A DNA stretch of 64,000 nt from Chrysomallon squamiferum (taxonomy: Eukaryota; Animalia; Mollusca): the NCBI GenBank assembly GCA_012295275.1, contig CM022679.1, positions 7,750,001-7,814,000 on the forward strand, read 5' to 3'. Both the position numbers and the translations under genes were made by a program. The notes under the pieces were generated by a model that saw only the letters and a program-made list of their open reading frames with translations, was not told the origin of the DNA and did not search any database. Shown here piece by piece: positions 53,258 to 64,000 of the stretch. Each line of letters starts with the position of its first letter. Positions within the stretch are counted from its first letter, which is position 1.

Positions 53258-56200
53258 ACAAATAAATATGGTAGGGTAAAAAAATAAAATAAAATAAAAT
53301 AAAATAAAATAAAATAAAAAAAACAAAATAAAATAAAATAAAATAAAATAAAATAAAACAAAATAAAACAAAATTAAATTAAATAAATTAAAATTAAATA
53401 AAATAAAAACATGAGCAGAGTAGGACATATAAACAGATGGACAATACACATGTTAATTAAATTTTTTTTTTTAAAATAACTTAACTCTGTCTCTACCAAC
53501 AAACAATCATTATTTATCTACAAATGTCAGTACACAGCTACAATTATGAGAGAGCAAAAAGTGAAAGAGAAAACAACCTGACAAGATGTTAAACATGGTA
53601 ATCCAGACGTAGGCTGTAGAGGGCACTTCAAACAAGAACGACCAGAGATACATGAAAGGTAACATGCCAAAACCATACAGGACGAAGAGCAAAAACACAA
53701 CCATGAACCGGCCATCACTCACATACTCTGTGATGTCGAATCCAACAAAGCAGATAATCAGCACGATGCACGGTATGATGTAGTTGATCATGTCCCAGCA
53801 GAACGTCGACATCCAGAAGTTGATGGCCCGGACTCCGCTGACAAACTGGATGTGTTTCGCCTTCACTGCACGCTCCTTGACCAAGAACAGGGCAAAACTG
53901 CTGGCAAGGAAAGCCATGCCAAAGCAGACGTTGAACGGAATGATGAAATCCGATGCCTGCAGGTTCATCTCGTCGTCGATGACATTCAAATTTGTTCTCG
54001 GCAACGGGTGGTTGGTCATTTCAAAATTAATCAGGCTGCTGTTGGCAACGAACTGGAGAAAGGCATTCGCCATGCTTGCCAGCGAGATAGCAGGACTGTG
54101 GTAGGCCTGATTGTTGAAGTAAGTGGTTGGACGCAGTTTGTTTGCTTCCTGCTGGAAATCTGCTGCCACTAAGTAGTGCAGGTTGTATGTGCTAATGCTC
54201 TCTTTGCCTCTGTCTGCCAAGTACGTCACCAAATCTGGATTCTTCTTGTAACCTTCCTGGTCGTTGACAAAAATCACTTTTCCCATCGTCCCTTCAAACT
54301 GCTTGCTGTAATAACCACTCAGTCGGTTGAGGTCTGTTGTTGAGCTGAGCGACTTGCTGTAAGGAATGTAGTTGGTTTTGTAGTCGTTGACGGTGAGGAG
54401 GAGGGGCGGAGAGTCTTCCAGTTTGGGCATCGTCTTGAGGACGATGAGGGCCATGATGGTGAAGAACATTGGAACTAACAGCTGCGACGCTGTCACTATT
54501 TTGTTTCTGAAGGTGTGAAGAACCCGTTTGACAAACATTGCTCGGAACTGCTGAAGATGCAAGGCAAATCCCCTGTTCCGCTTCAGTGAAGTGTACAAAT
54601 CTGAAATTAGAGTTAAATTAGTTGTTCATTATTTTTGTGTGTGTGTGTGTGTGCAGTCTTGTCAAAGTTTTTGTATGTTTTGAATATGTGTGTATTCATT
54701 CAGCTTATTAACAGTGTCTGTGTGTGTTTGTTAAGCTAATAACATATGAAAATTGCAAATAATCACATATATTTAGTAATTTATTATTTAGCATTACAAA
54801 AGGTATAATTATTAAATCGCTTCTCTTCAGATTCTTATTTCCAGGCTGCTTGACATTCAAGCAGGTCTCAAAATATCCCAACTTATGTATTTTTTTATTT
54901 AAGTTTATGACATTAAAATTTAAATTAGTGATATTTAGCTTAGTTATTTTGTTATTATTTTAATATTAGATATTAGTACAACCAAATTTACAAATTTAAT
55001 ATTTCACTCAACATAGTGTATAAATAATAATTCTTGTAAATTAAAATAAAGCTTTGTGGTGTATCAATCTAACATATATATTTACAAAAGAAACTAAAGC
55101 AAAAAAAATTTTAACTGGATATAGATCATTAGATGTGATTACTATTACAACACTGAAACTTAGTGTAAATAGAACAAACACAAAATTTGAAATAAGAACT
55201 GGATCTAGATAGAAGTGAAAAAAAAAAAAATTACAATTTGGTGTAATAATAATAATACCTACAATTTTGTATTCACATTATGCTATAAAGAATATATAAC
55301 AAAATAAAAATATGTATTTAATTAAAAAGAATATTATTAATAATAAAAAAAAATATACAGGAAAAAGAAAATGACTATATTCTACTAGAAAAGCAACATG
55401 AAACTATCAACCAGGAAGTAAGAATACTAAAAATAATTTACTAAAACTGAACAGGAAAAGTAACAATGATCTGATTTAGTTTTTTTGTTTTGTTTAAAAT
55501 TCATTGATAACTCAAAGAAATATGGGGTAAGAAAATCGATAACACAACTGATTTCAACAAACATTATTTGGGAGAAAAAAAAAAAATAAATAAATAAAAT
55601 AAAATAAAATAAAATAAAATAAAATAAAATAAAATAAAATAAAATAAAATAAAATAAAAATAAATAAGAAGAAATAAAGCAACACCCAGTATTTTAGAAA
55701 TACATTATATTAAAATTTTCTTCCAGCAACTACAAACATCTTCCAACTAATTACTGAATTTTTCTTTTTGGGGTGGGGGGGGGGAAATCTTTTAAATTTA
55801 TCTGAAATTTTGAGTAATTTAAAGTTGCAATTATCCAGAGTTAATTATATTAACTAACTAAAAAACATTTTTATATAAATGAACCAGAATATTAGTTCTT
55901 CTCATGACAGCAATATTAACTTATGGTACGTACACACATACATAAACAAATTAAAAATGAAAAGAACTGTGTGAATAAAGCCACGTCACAGAGTACTCAC
56001 ATGTACAAAGATCACAGACCAAAAAGCTTAAATAACAGTTTAAAGCATAGGTTTTCAACCTGGGGGTTGCCAGCCTGTTTTCTGGGGGTCGCGAGATCGT
56101 TCTTAAGCAAGGGTATGTTTTAGCTTTTTTTCAACTTGACTTGGAAGGAGGAAGAAATAAAAACATGTAGATGGGTTTGGGACCCGTCATAGTGAATACT

Positions 56201-56458
56201 GATTCCTTTTGTAGTGTCTTTGGTTGATGAAAATATGGTAACACTTGATATTATTGATTCAAAATTTTTAAAGGGGGTCATTGGTCTTACTGATTTGCTC
56301 ATAAAGGGTCACGGTATGAAAATTAAACCATTACTTTCTTTTTTTTTAATCTCAGAAAATTCATTACTGTTTTACATGAATAATCATTTCCTAAATCACT
56401 TCAGTATCTTCTGACTGTTTTAATTTACTACCGACACAGTAATTTCTTTCATATACAA

Positions 56459-56494
<36 letters not shown>

Positions 56495-59400
56495 CTTTTA
56501 AAGTAGTCTGCATTACATCAATGACGGTTTCTTAACAGAACAATATCTAATCCGTATTTATTTATTTATTTATTTAATATATCAGTAAAGCATGTACTAG
56601 TTTAAAGTGTTTATACTTAAGAAAGGAATAAAGCAAAGTATGGAAATGCACTGATAAAGCACAAAGAAAAAACATCAGTGTTTTACACCATGAAAAAAAG
56701 CAACACCACTATGTCATAAAATACACAGCCCATGTTTATAAAGACAAACTTTGTTTATATTTTACTCAGTCATGAGAAATGGTTCGTGCCACATCTCAGT
56801 ATGCCCTTGCTTTGGAATTCAAGATAACTGAATGAATGAATATTTTGTTATTGATACCTTGAAATATCTTAATATTAACAGTTCTTGTTTTAAATAATTT
56901 CCATGAAGAAACTGAAAGAGATGAAACTGACTGATGTGACTCCTCATTCAAATCAACTGACAGCTTGGGGTTGTTTCAAAAATTCCTGCCAGTAGGAAAG
57001 TAGAGGCCATGGCCTCTGATAAACCAATTACTCATAATTTACTGGACTCAAAACAGGCCCTGTCAAAGATTAACCCTTGTGACCAACCATGTCCAGTATT
57101 CTAATAAATATGCAAGCTTATTTGGTTGTAACTAGTTGAAATTACCACTTTAAGGAACTAAAGATGTAGGTATATGGAAAACAGCCCTTGAAACCAATTT
57201 GTTTATTTAAGAGTGTGTGTGTTGGGTAAAACTAATTTTATTCGGTCTCAAGCACTCACTTATTTTAGAAGCACCAGGAAAATCTTTTGAAATTTGCTTT
57301 AATTAATCTGGTTTTTAATGAAGTTCAGACATATCCCAGCAGACTAAAACATTTATAAACATGGGCTGACACTACTTTGTGTACGTGGACAGATATGTAG
57401 TTATACCATCTGGATGCTGTACGTTATTGGTGATACGACTAGAATTATCGATGTTTGTGCTTGTACCACCATGTTGACCTTTGTCAGGATCTGTTTTAAC
57501 AATGGTTAAGACAATGTTAGTAAACTTTTATCTATGTTAACAAGTTAACAGTCAATGTGAAATTACACAACATGAATGAAAAAAAATAGAAAAAAGATTG
57601 TAACGAAACAGACCTGCAGTTAATTATTAATTATATTAATTAAATATTAAAATCATCTCTTGTATTATTATCATAATCATCATTACTTGATGTTTAGCAG
57701 TTATATATGTTAACAAATAAAGTTTATGAAAGATTCATTATAAAACAAATTGAATTAAAATATTATTAAAGATTTACCTTTTAAATAAAAAAAATAAATA
57801 AATAAATAAAAAATGGCTAAATCTATTTTGATCAATAAATTACCAAATTAATTTTCATTTTAATTTTCTTACCTTAAAACATCATTATAATTATTGCATG
57901 AGAAATAAAGAAAATATATCAAATACTAAAATAAACTGCATTTTAGTGGAAAAGAAGGGATTTCAATCTTTTTATCTCTATATACCAGTATCTCGGTTAT
58001 GATTGTTGATGTATAAATATTTTTAGGACAGTCAATATGTATGTATTTGTGTGTTCACATGAGAGATATACTTCACCCCATTCCACAGATATTGACTGCT
58101 TAGTAAATTTTATTTTTAGAAATTATATTTTAAAATATTTTTATGTTCAAAATAAATTTCACTTTAAATAAATTCTAGTTTAAGTTATTATCAAAATAAA
58201 TTCCAGTTTTTATAGATATAGTCAAAATAAATTCTAGTTTAAGAAGATATTTTCCAAATAAACTTTATAGTTTAAGAAAATATTTTCAAAATAAATGTTT
58301 AAGAAAATATTTTTGAAATACATTTTAGTTGACGAAACTATTTGCAAAATAACATTTAGTTTAAGACGATCCTGTCAAAAATTGAATTCTTGTATTAAGA
58401 ATTCATTTTTGTTACAAATTTGAGTTTGAGAATTAATTTTCAGAAAGAAGTAATGTTTCGTGACATTGTAAAAGCTGTTACCAAGTTCTACGAGTGGTGT
58501 GCTGCTGCTGCCCATGTTCACGTTGTTGTCCACTTCCTGCAGCCGTTTCACCTCGTCAGTTTTTCTCTGTAGTCGTTTCTTTAAATTGTCATCAATATTC
58601 TCACCAACTCTGAATAACAGATGTTTCTTAATCACAATTTATTATTATTATTTCTTTTTTTTAAAGTTCAATTTATTATTATTATTTCTTTTTTTTAAAG
58701 TTCAATTTATTCACATTCTATATCAAAATGACAAAAGTGATAGTATTTGTAGTTTTTTTTAATGTATTTGTATTTATGTCTTTACAATGCATCTATGAAT
58801 AAAAAAAACCTCATGATTAACTTGTTATAGAATTTAAACATTAATTAATTATTTAAAGAATTATTTTCTCTCTAAAAGACCTCCCCTAGTATTTATATAA
58901 ACATCAAGAAACTAACCGAAGGAAGACTTCTTCCATGGTGGTAACAGATGCTCCATAGCTGGAAATGCCAAGCTGTTCCTGTCTGTTCTGCAGTTCAGTG
59001 AAGAGTTCTTCAAAACGATTTGAACTCTCCTGTGGCAAAATGTAGGAAAGTTCAGCTCCAATATTGCTTTCCATTTCTGCCTGGGGGACGTAACTCTTCA
59101 CTAGCTGAGTGATCACACTGACATTGCAGCCAGGCTCTTTCACAATTATCATGTGATATCCTGCCCCTGAAAGAAGAACAATAATTTTTCTTTCAATCAA
59201 ATCAATGTATCATTTTAAACATACTTTAATGCATGTCTACAGGAGAATTTAAGAATGTTTTTTTGATGGAACTCTTCACAGTCCCATTGTGACATCATCA
59301 ACAACAAAAAATTCAAAATGATTCTGCTTTCCTATACAGGTAATTAATATCCACACATTTAGGATAATAGCCATTTCTCACATGAAAATCTTTCACGACT

Positions 59401-62400
59401 GCTAACATTTTAGTACGTTTACAAATTTAGAAAAGTTAAACTGACCGTATTTTCTCTTCAGAAACAGCGAGCTGCCACAGCATTTGATTACTCCTTCTGT
59501 CATGATGGCAATTCGGTCTCCAAGGAGATCAGCTTCATCCATGAAGTGAGTGGTCAGCACCATGGTCCGGCCAGCTCTGTTGTTCTGCAGAACTGACCAG
59601 ATGTGCCTGCGAGCATCAGGATCCATTCCAGACGTGGGCTCATCCAGGATGACCACCTGTAAAGAGTGGTGAACACAGCTCAGTTTTAATACAACACGTT
59701 TACAAAGATTTAACAAACCAGGTAATAATATGCATGTATTGTCTACGATTTGTGTATATTTATAGAGGTTTTGTATTTGTGTGTATTTTTATGTGGGTAT
59801 ATTTGTATGTATATATGTATGTGTAGGTATGGAAATAAATTCTAAAACTGTACAATATCCATATACAGGTACCGGACCAGTTATCTGGCATCCTCAAATC
59901 CAGAAGTTTTTTCCTGATGCTATTTTCATAGTTGTGGGTGTTGTCCTCACCAGACTGGAACTACTCTTTCAAGCCATGTGGCGTTCATTCACTCGCTGCA
60001 TTGTTTACGTTTTTGAGTCTCCAGAGTTGTTTATCATCAATTTTCTTTATGTTTTTAATTTTAAAATGTTTATGTCTAATTATTTACATATTTAGATGCC
60101 TTGGTACCAGAAAACCGGTAAATCCAGAAATCCAGAATGTCTCAGGCCCCCTGGGAGTCCGAATAATTGGTCTGGTACCTGTATGTGTATGCTTGTAGTA
60201 TTTTATAGATATTTATCATCTTATTAACACTACTACTGTAATTATTTTTAACTTCGAATGTGTAACCTTTGAGTCTCCAATGAGAGCAATTCCAACTGAG
60301 AGTTTTCTCTTCATGCCTCCAGACAGAGTTCTGGTCTGTGCTTTTCTTTTGTCTCTCAGTCCTATACAATCCAACATGCGCTCCACCTCCTCGTTCACCT
60401 TGTCTTTGCGTAAACCCTTCAGCTACAAACATACAAGAGATCACACTGTTAACTCTAACTTCTGTAATGAATAGCATGGGTAACGTAAGTTGCATAATGT
60501 TTGGAAATTCTTGGTTCAGCTACCAATATATAAAAACCATAAAAAAATAAAACAAGATAATTTCTGATTCAATCTAAATAATAAATAAATAACATAAAAA
60601 AATATCAATCAAATAATCAGGCAAAAATAATAATAAAAAAAATCAAATAACAAAACAAATAAACAATCAGTAAATAAAGAAACATGATGAACAAACAAAA
60701 GAAAACCTTCGAGAAGAAGATAAGATGTTCTTCCACTGTGAGAGTGTCAAACAGTACGTCATGTTGTGGACACAGTCCCAGACTCTGCTGAACGCTGCTG
60801 ATGTCAGTCCTGATGTCGTAATCATTGACCAGAGCTGTTCCACTGGTTGGTGGAAAGAAACCTTAAAATAAAAATTTTAAAAATAAGGAATAAAGAAATT
60901 TTAAATTTTACTTTTTAATTTAAATGTATAATAGTCTGCATATGAGAAATAGAATTATTATTATTATTTTTTTTTTTTAAATTATCAGCATTTTCCTTTT
61001 GGGAAAATTAATTAACAATACTCATTAATTATTTCTTTATAAAATCATTAATAATATTATTAAGATTAATTTATCAAATATATTTTGAATTAAATAAATA
61101 AATTAATATATGTGTGTGTGTGTGTGTGTGTGTATGTTTATGTATGTATGTGTAAGTGTGTGTGTATACATGTGTGTGTGTGGATTAATTAACAATAATT
61201 TATTGAGATGTATTATAAATGGAATTATTTGATGCACTGATTCAGTAAATTATAAAAAAATAAAAGAGATTGCTAAATATTTTAATATATACATCTGTAC
61301 ACTGAATAAACTATTGAAATTCTATCTCTAAGTTAAAAAAAGAAAAAGAAAAAATATCCTTTTTATTAACTCTATCTGTGTATGTTACATCAGAAATCCA
61401 CCCAAGGACAATCAGTGATGTGTGTCACTGAATGTCAGACCATTTTAACCCTTTGTGTGTTACATATCATCCAAGGTTAACTCTTTATGCTCAGCACATG
61501 ATCAAAAATTAATCCTTTTATCTGTTGGATATCATTCAAAATTAACCCTTTGTATGCTACATATCATCTAGGGTTAACCCTTTATATGTTACATATTATC
61601 TCAAGTTAAACTCTTTTTTCTGCTGGATATCATCCAACGTTAACTGTTTGACATCATCTAAGCTTAACCCTTTATATGCTGTAGCTGAATTTTGTACAGT
61701 ACAAACCCTTCACGTTTTGCAAGACTAATATAAAATGCATGAACAAACCTGTCAAAATGGACATTGTGGTTGTTTTCCCTGCTCCATTGTGTCCAAGAAG
61801 AGCTGTGATTTGACCTTCATACATGTTCAATGTCATGCCTGCCACAGCAGCTTTGTACTCGCCATTTTTGTGAAATTGCTACCACGAAAAGAAAATAAGG
61901 TATTAATGTGATTTGTATCCAGTTTTTTTAGGTTAATTATTAATTTTAAGATGAGATATTTATTTTGATTATGTAATGTGTTACCTGAATCAAAAACATT
62001 CTTTCTAAAACATATTACAAGAAATATCAAAACATACATTTTTCAAAAACAACTACTTTTTGTTCATCTATTACCAATATGTAGAAGAGAAAACCAGATT
62101 TTAATTACATATTAAATCATGGCAAAAATGATGGGATTTTGTGAAGAAAAGCTTTTATAATAAGAACTGTGAGTGAAAGTGAGTGAAATTAATTAACTAA
62201 TTAGTTATTCACTTAATATATTCACACACGTGTACACACACAAAAAAATTCATGCCTCAACAAAAATGGTGTAGAGGAAATGAAATAATCTAACAACAAC
62301 CACAAACCTTTCTAAGGTTACGTATCTTGATTCCAGCCTTCAGTCCCACAGGATCTTTTTCAAACAAATCAGGGTCCTGGCCTACACTGTCTTCATCGAT

Positions 62401-63099
62401 ATATTTATTACCATGTTTGTAGCCACACCAGTATGTAAGCTACAAAGAGCATTCAGAAAACAGGTCTCAGATTTTCATTATAGCATGTAACAACAAAAAA
62501 ATTCAACTTTATATTATATATGTTTAATGTATATGAAGGTGTATACTATATTAATTGATTTTCACTTGTCTGTATTATGACTGACACAGAGAATCTTTTT
62601 TATTTATTTATTTACTATAAAAGCATATTCCACTGCTTTCATGCATCAAATACATTTTTAAAAATCATTGATTAGAAAACAGACTGAAGTTACATTACAT
62701 CTCTGTCAGTTTCTGTCACATATATATTAATTTTACCTCTTAACTACTTCTTTCAGTTATCTTATAAAATTAAAGTCAAGCCTGAAAATCAGTTCACATT
62801 TTTTTTTTCATTGTTCATTTTACTTAATATTAACTGACTGGCAGCCTGTCATAAACAAACACTGTATTAGACTGCCTCCATGGATCCTCAAAATGGTTTG
62901 GGTTTTATTAAACTTACTGTGAATGGAAAATACCAAGGTTTTGGAACGCCAAACTCTCCTGGGAAAACAGCCTCAATATACCAAGTGAGAACTCCATAGA
63001 GAAAACTGTCAAACACCAGCATAATAAACACATGTAGGAGAGCAAAATCATCATCAATTGATGCTCCCTTTGAGAAATTATCCCACTGCACTCCAGCAC
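49216..63099 (-). CDS. ABCA3: ATP-binding cassette subfamily A transporter, ABCA3-like (5' exons lie beyond the right edge)
   Basis: Minus-strand exons 63099-62918, 62439-62308, 61878-61749, 60861-60707, 60422-60267, 59656-59446, 59166-58917, 58609-58482, 57490-57407, 54600-53578, 53156-52929, 52407-51893, 50670-50483, 50054-49884, 49639-49216 join in frame. NBD1 GHNGAGKTT / LSGGMKRKL / [11 protein letters not shown]; NBD2 GINGAGKTT / YSGGNKRKL; ABCA motifs [39 protein letters not shown]. Subfamily is certain; ABCA3 orthology is only likely. Confidence 0.9.
51160..51310. repeat. ~62-bp tandem duplication (2-3 copies) in an ABCA intron
   Basis: ttctgtaattattttaa...actatttttac.gttatataaataaat repeated. 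Confidence 0.7.
51424..51910 (-). repeat. 30/31-bp minisatellite (~16 units) built from an ABCA exon-intron junction
   Basis: Minus-strand unit GTGAGTTTGATGATGAC(A/G)(C/T)(A/G)GATAAAACAG; the real donor CAG|GTGAGT is at 51893/51892. Confidence 0.92.
56045..56330. mobile_element. Degenerate hAT (Charlie-like) non-autonomous element in an ABCA intron (tentative)
   Basis: Starts CATAGGTTTTCAACCTGGGGGT with internal GGGGTCGCGA/GGGGTCA/GGGTCAC subterminal motifs typical of hAT MITEs; right end eroded. Confidence 0.45.
56726..57368. mobile_element. 643-bp non-autonomous DNA transposon (MITE) in an ABCA intron
   Basis: Perfect 17-bp TIRs CAGCCCATGTTTATAAA (56726-56742) and TTTATAAACATGGGCTG (57352-57368), flanked by ACA on both sides (3-bp TSD). 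Confidence 0.7.
58145..58365. repeat. Degenerate tandem repeat (caaaataaattctagtttaag) in an ABCA intron
   Basis: About 8 diverged 25-30 bp units. Confidence 0.65.
59866..60181. mobile_element. 316-bp Tc1/mariner-Tigger-type MITE in an ABCA intron
   Basis: Imperfect ~24-bp TIRs CAGGTACCGGACCAGTTATCTGG and CCGAATAATTGGTCTGGTACCTG with TA target duplication on both sides. Confidence 0.75.
61440..61680. repeat. Degenerate ~38-bp tandem repeat (ttaaccctttatatgttacatatcatc...) in an ABCA intron
   Basis: About 6 diverged copies of a TTAAC(C/T)CTTT...ATATCATC core. Confidence 0.75.
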
Positions 63100-63129
63100 C
63101 TGAACAAAATAATAATAATAATAATAATA

Positions 63130-63161
<32 letters not shown>

Positions 63162-64000
63162 AAATACTGTTATAATAAAAATAACAGAAAGAAATTCATA
63201 TAAAAATTGTTCATGATATTCAAAAACAAAACAGAAAAATAATTCCAGCAGCATTAATTTTAAAAATTAAATAAATAAATAAATAAATATTCCAAAAATA
63301 ATACCCCCCAACAGAAAAAAATCTAGTAAGAGAAAAAAAAGCAAAAATAAATTAGGTAAGAGATTGAAAAATAATAATAATTAAGAAATTAAATTAAATT
63401 TTAGAATCTAATAACATTTTATTCAAATAAAACATTACAAAAACTTATTACAAACAGAAAAGATCCATTATTACATGCCAGAAAATGTATTCTCAAAATA
63501 ATTAGACTAGTAAGTATGTTCTTTACTGTTAAGAAAAATGTCATTTTAAAATATTATCTTTCTTTTATTGATTTTTGCTCCTGAGAGATAGTTCAATATG
63601 GCAGCTCTGTCCTCATTACTGATTATACTGTTACCAAGCAACTGTTAATAAATCATTAGCTAAGCTGTTTTATCTGTTAATCTGTCAGATCTGAAGACAT
63701 TTTTAAATACGTAGAAAAGCTATGCACATTCAGCAGCTTGTTTTAGTAATCTCGCAGTTTATCGATTCTTATTTCCTTTTCTTTTCTTTTTTTGGCCTTA
63801 ATATCCGAGTCATGCCAGCTTTGTTAACTATTGATTTGGTTTGTTTTTACTGCAGATATAAATCAGAAAGCAGAAAGCAGAAAAACAAATTGAATCTTTT
63901 TTTTTTCTTTTTTTTTAAATATTTGTAAAATGTATTATTATAACAAGATGATATTTAACATCAAATAAAATCCATCATTTGAAAGCATTAAGTTTTTAGT

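Noticed and set aside
61440-61680. TTAACCC motifs as piggyBac ends or telomeric repeats
   Set aside because: Part of a ~38-bp tandem unit; no paired TIRs and no (TTAGGG)n run

Overview
AT-rich, intron-containing animal genomic DNA (invertebrate, lophotrochozoan/mollusc-like by general character; species cannot be fixed from sequence). Right part (~25.9-64 kb): four ordinary spliced genes reconstructed exon by exon from GT/AG sites and protein motifs: EME1-like (+), MXRA7-like (-), NUBP2/Cfd1 (+, head-to-head with MXRA7) and the 3' two-thirds of an ABCA3-like transporter (-), plus several MITE-like insertions and minisatellites. Left part (1-~24.4 kb): a tandem array of ~2.9-4.6 kb units with no credible protein ORF. 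It carries two GC-rich, highly conserved, apparently related cassettes. Cassette A (7 copies) has a TATA box followed exactly 105 nt later by a perfect replication-dependent histone mRNA 3' stem-loop (GGCCCTTTTCAGGGCC) with no histone coding sequence in between. Cassette B (3 intact copies plus 1 chimeric) has a matching TATA context, the same first hairpin at the same offset, and a ~330-nt extensively base-paired domain with a closing terminal stem and a pseudoknot-like element. The best candidate for a novel system is this array of putative Pol II small non-coding RNA genes, one class borrowing the histone SLBP/U7 3'-end signal. Expression is unproven, and parts of the array plus two 1-nt frameshifts look like assembly/consensus errors.
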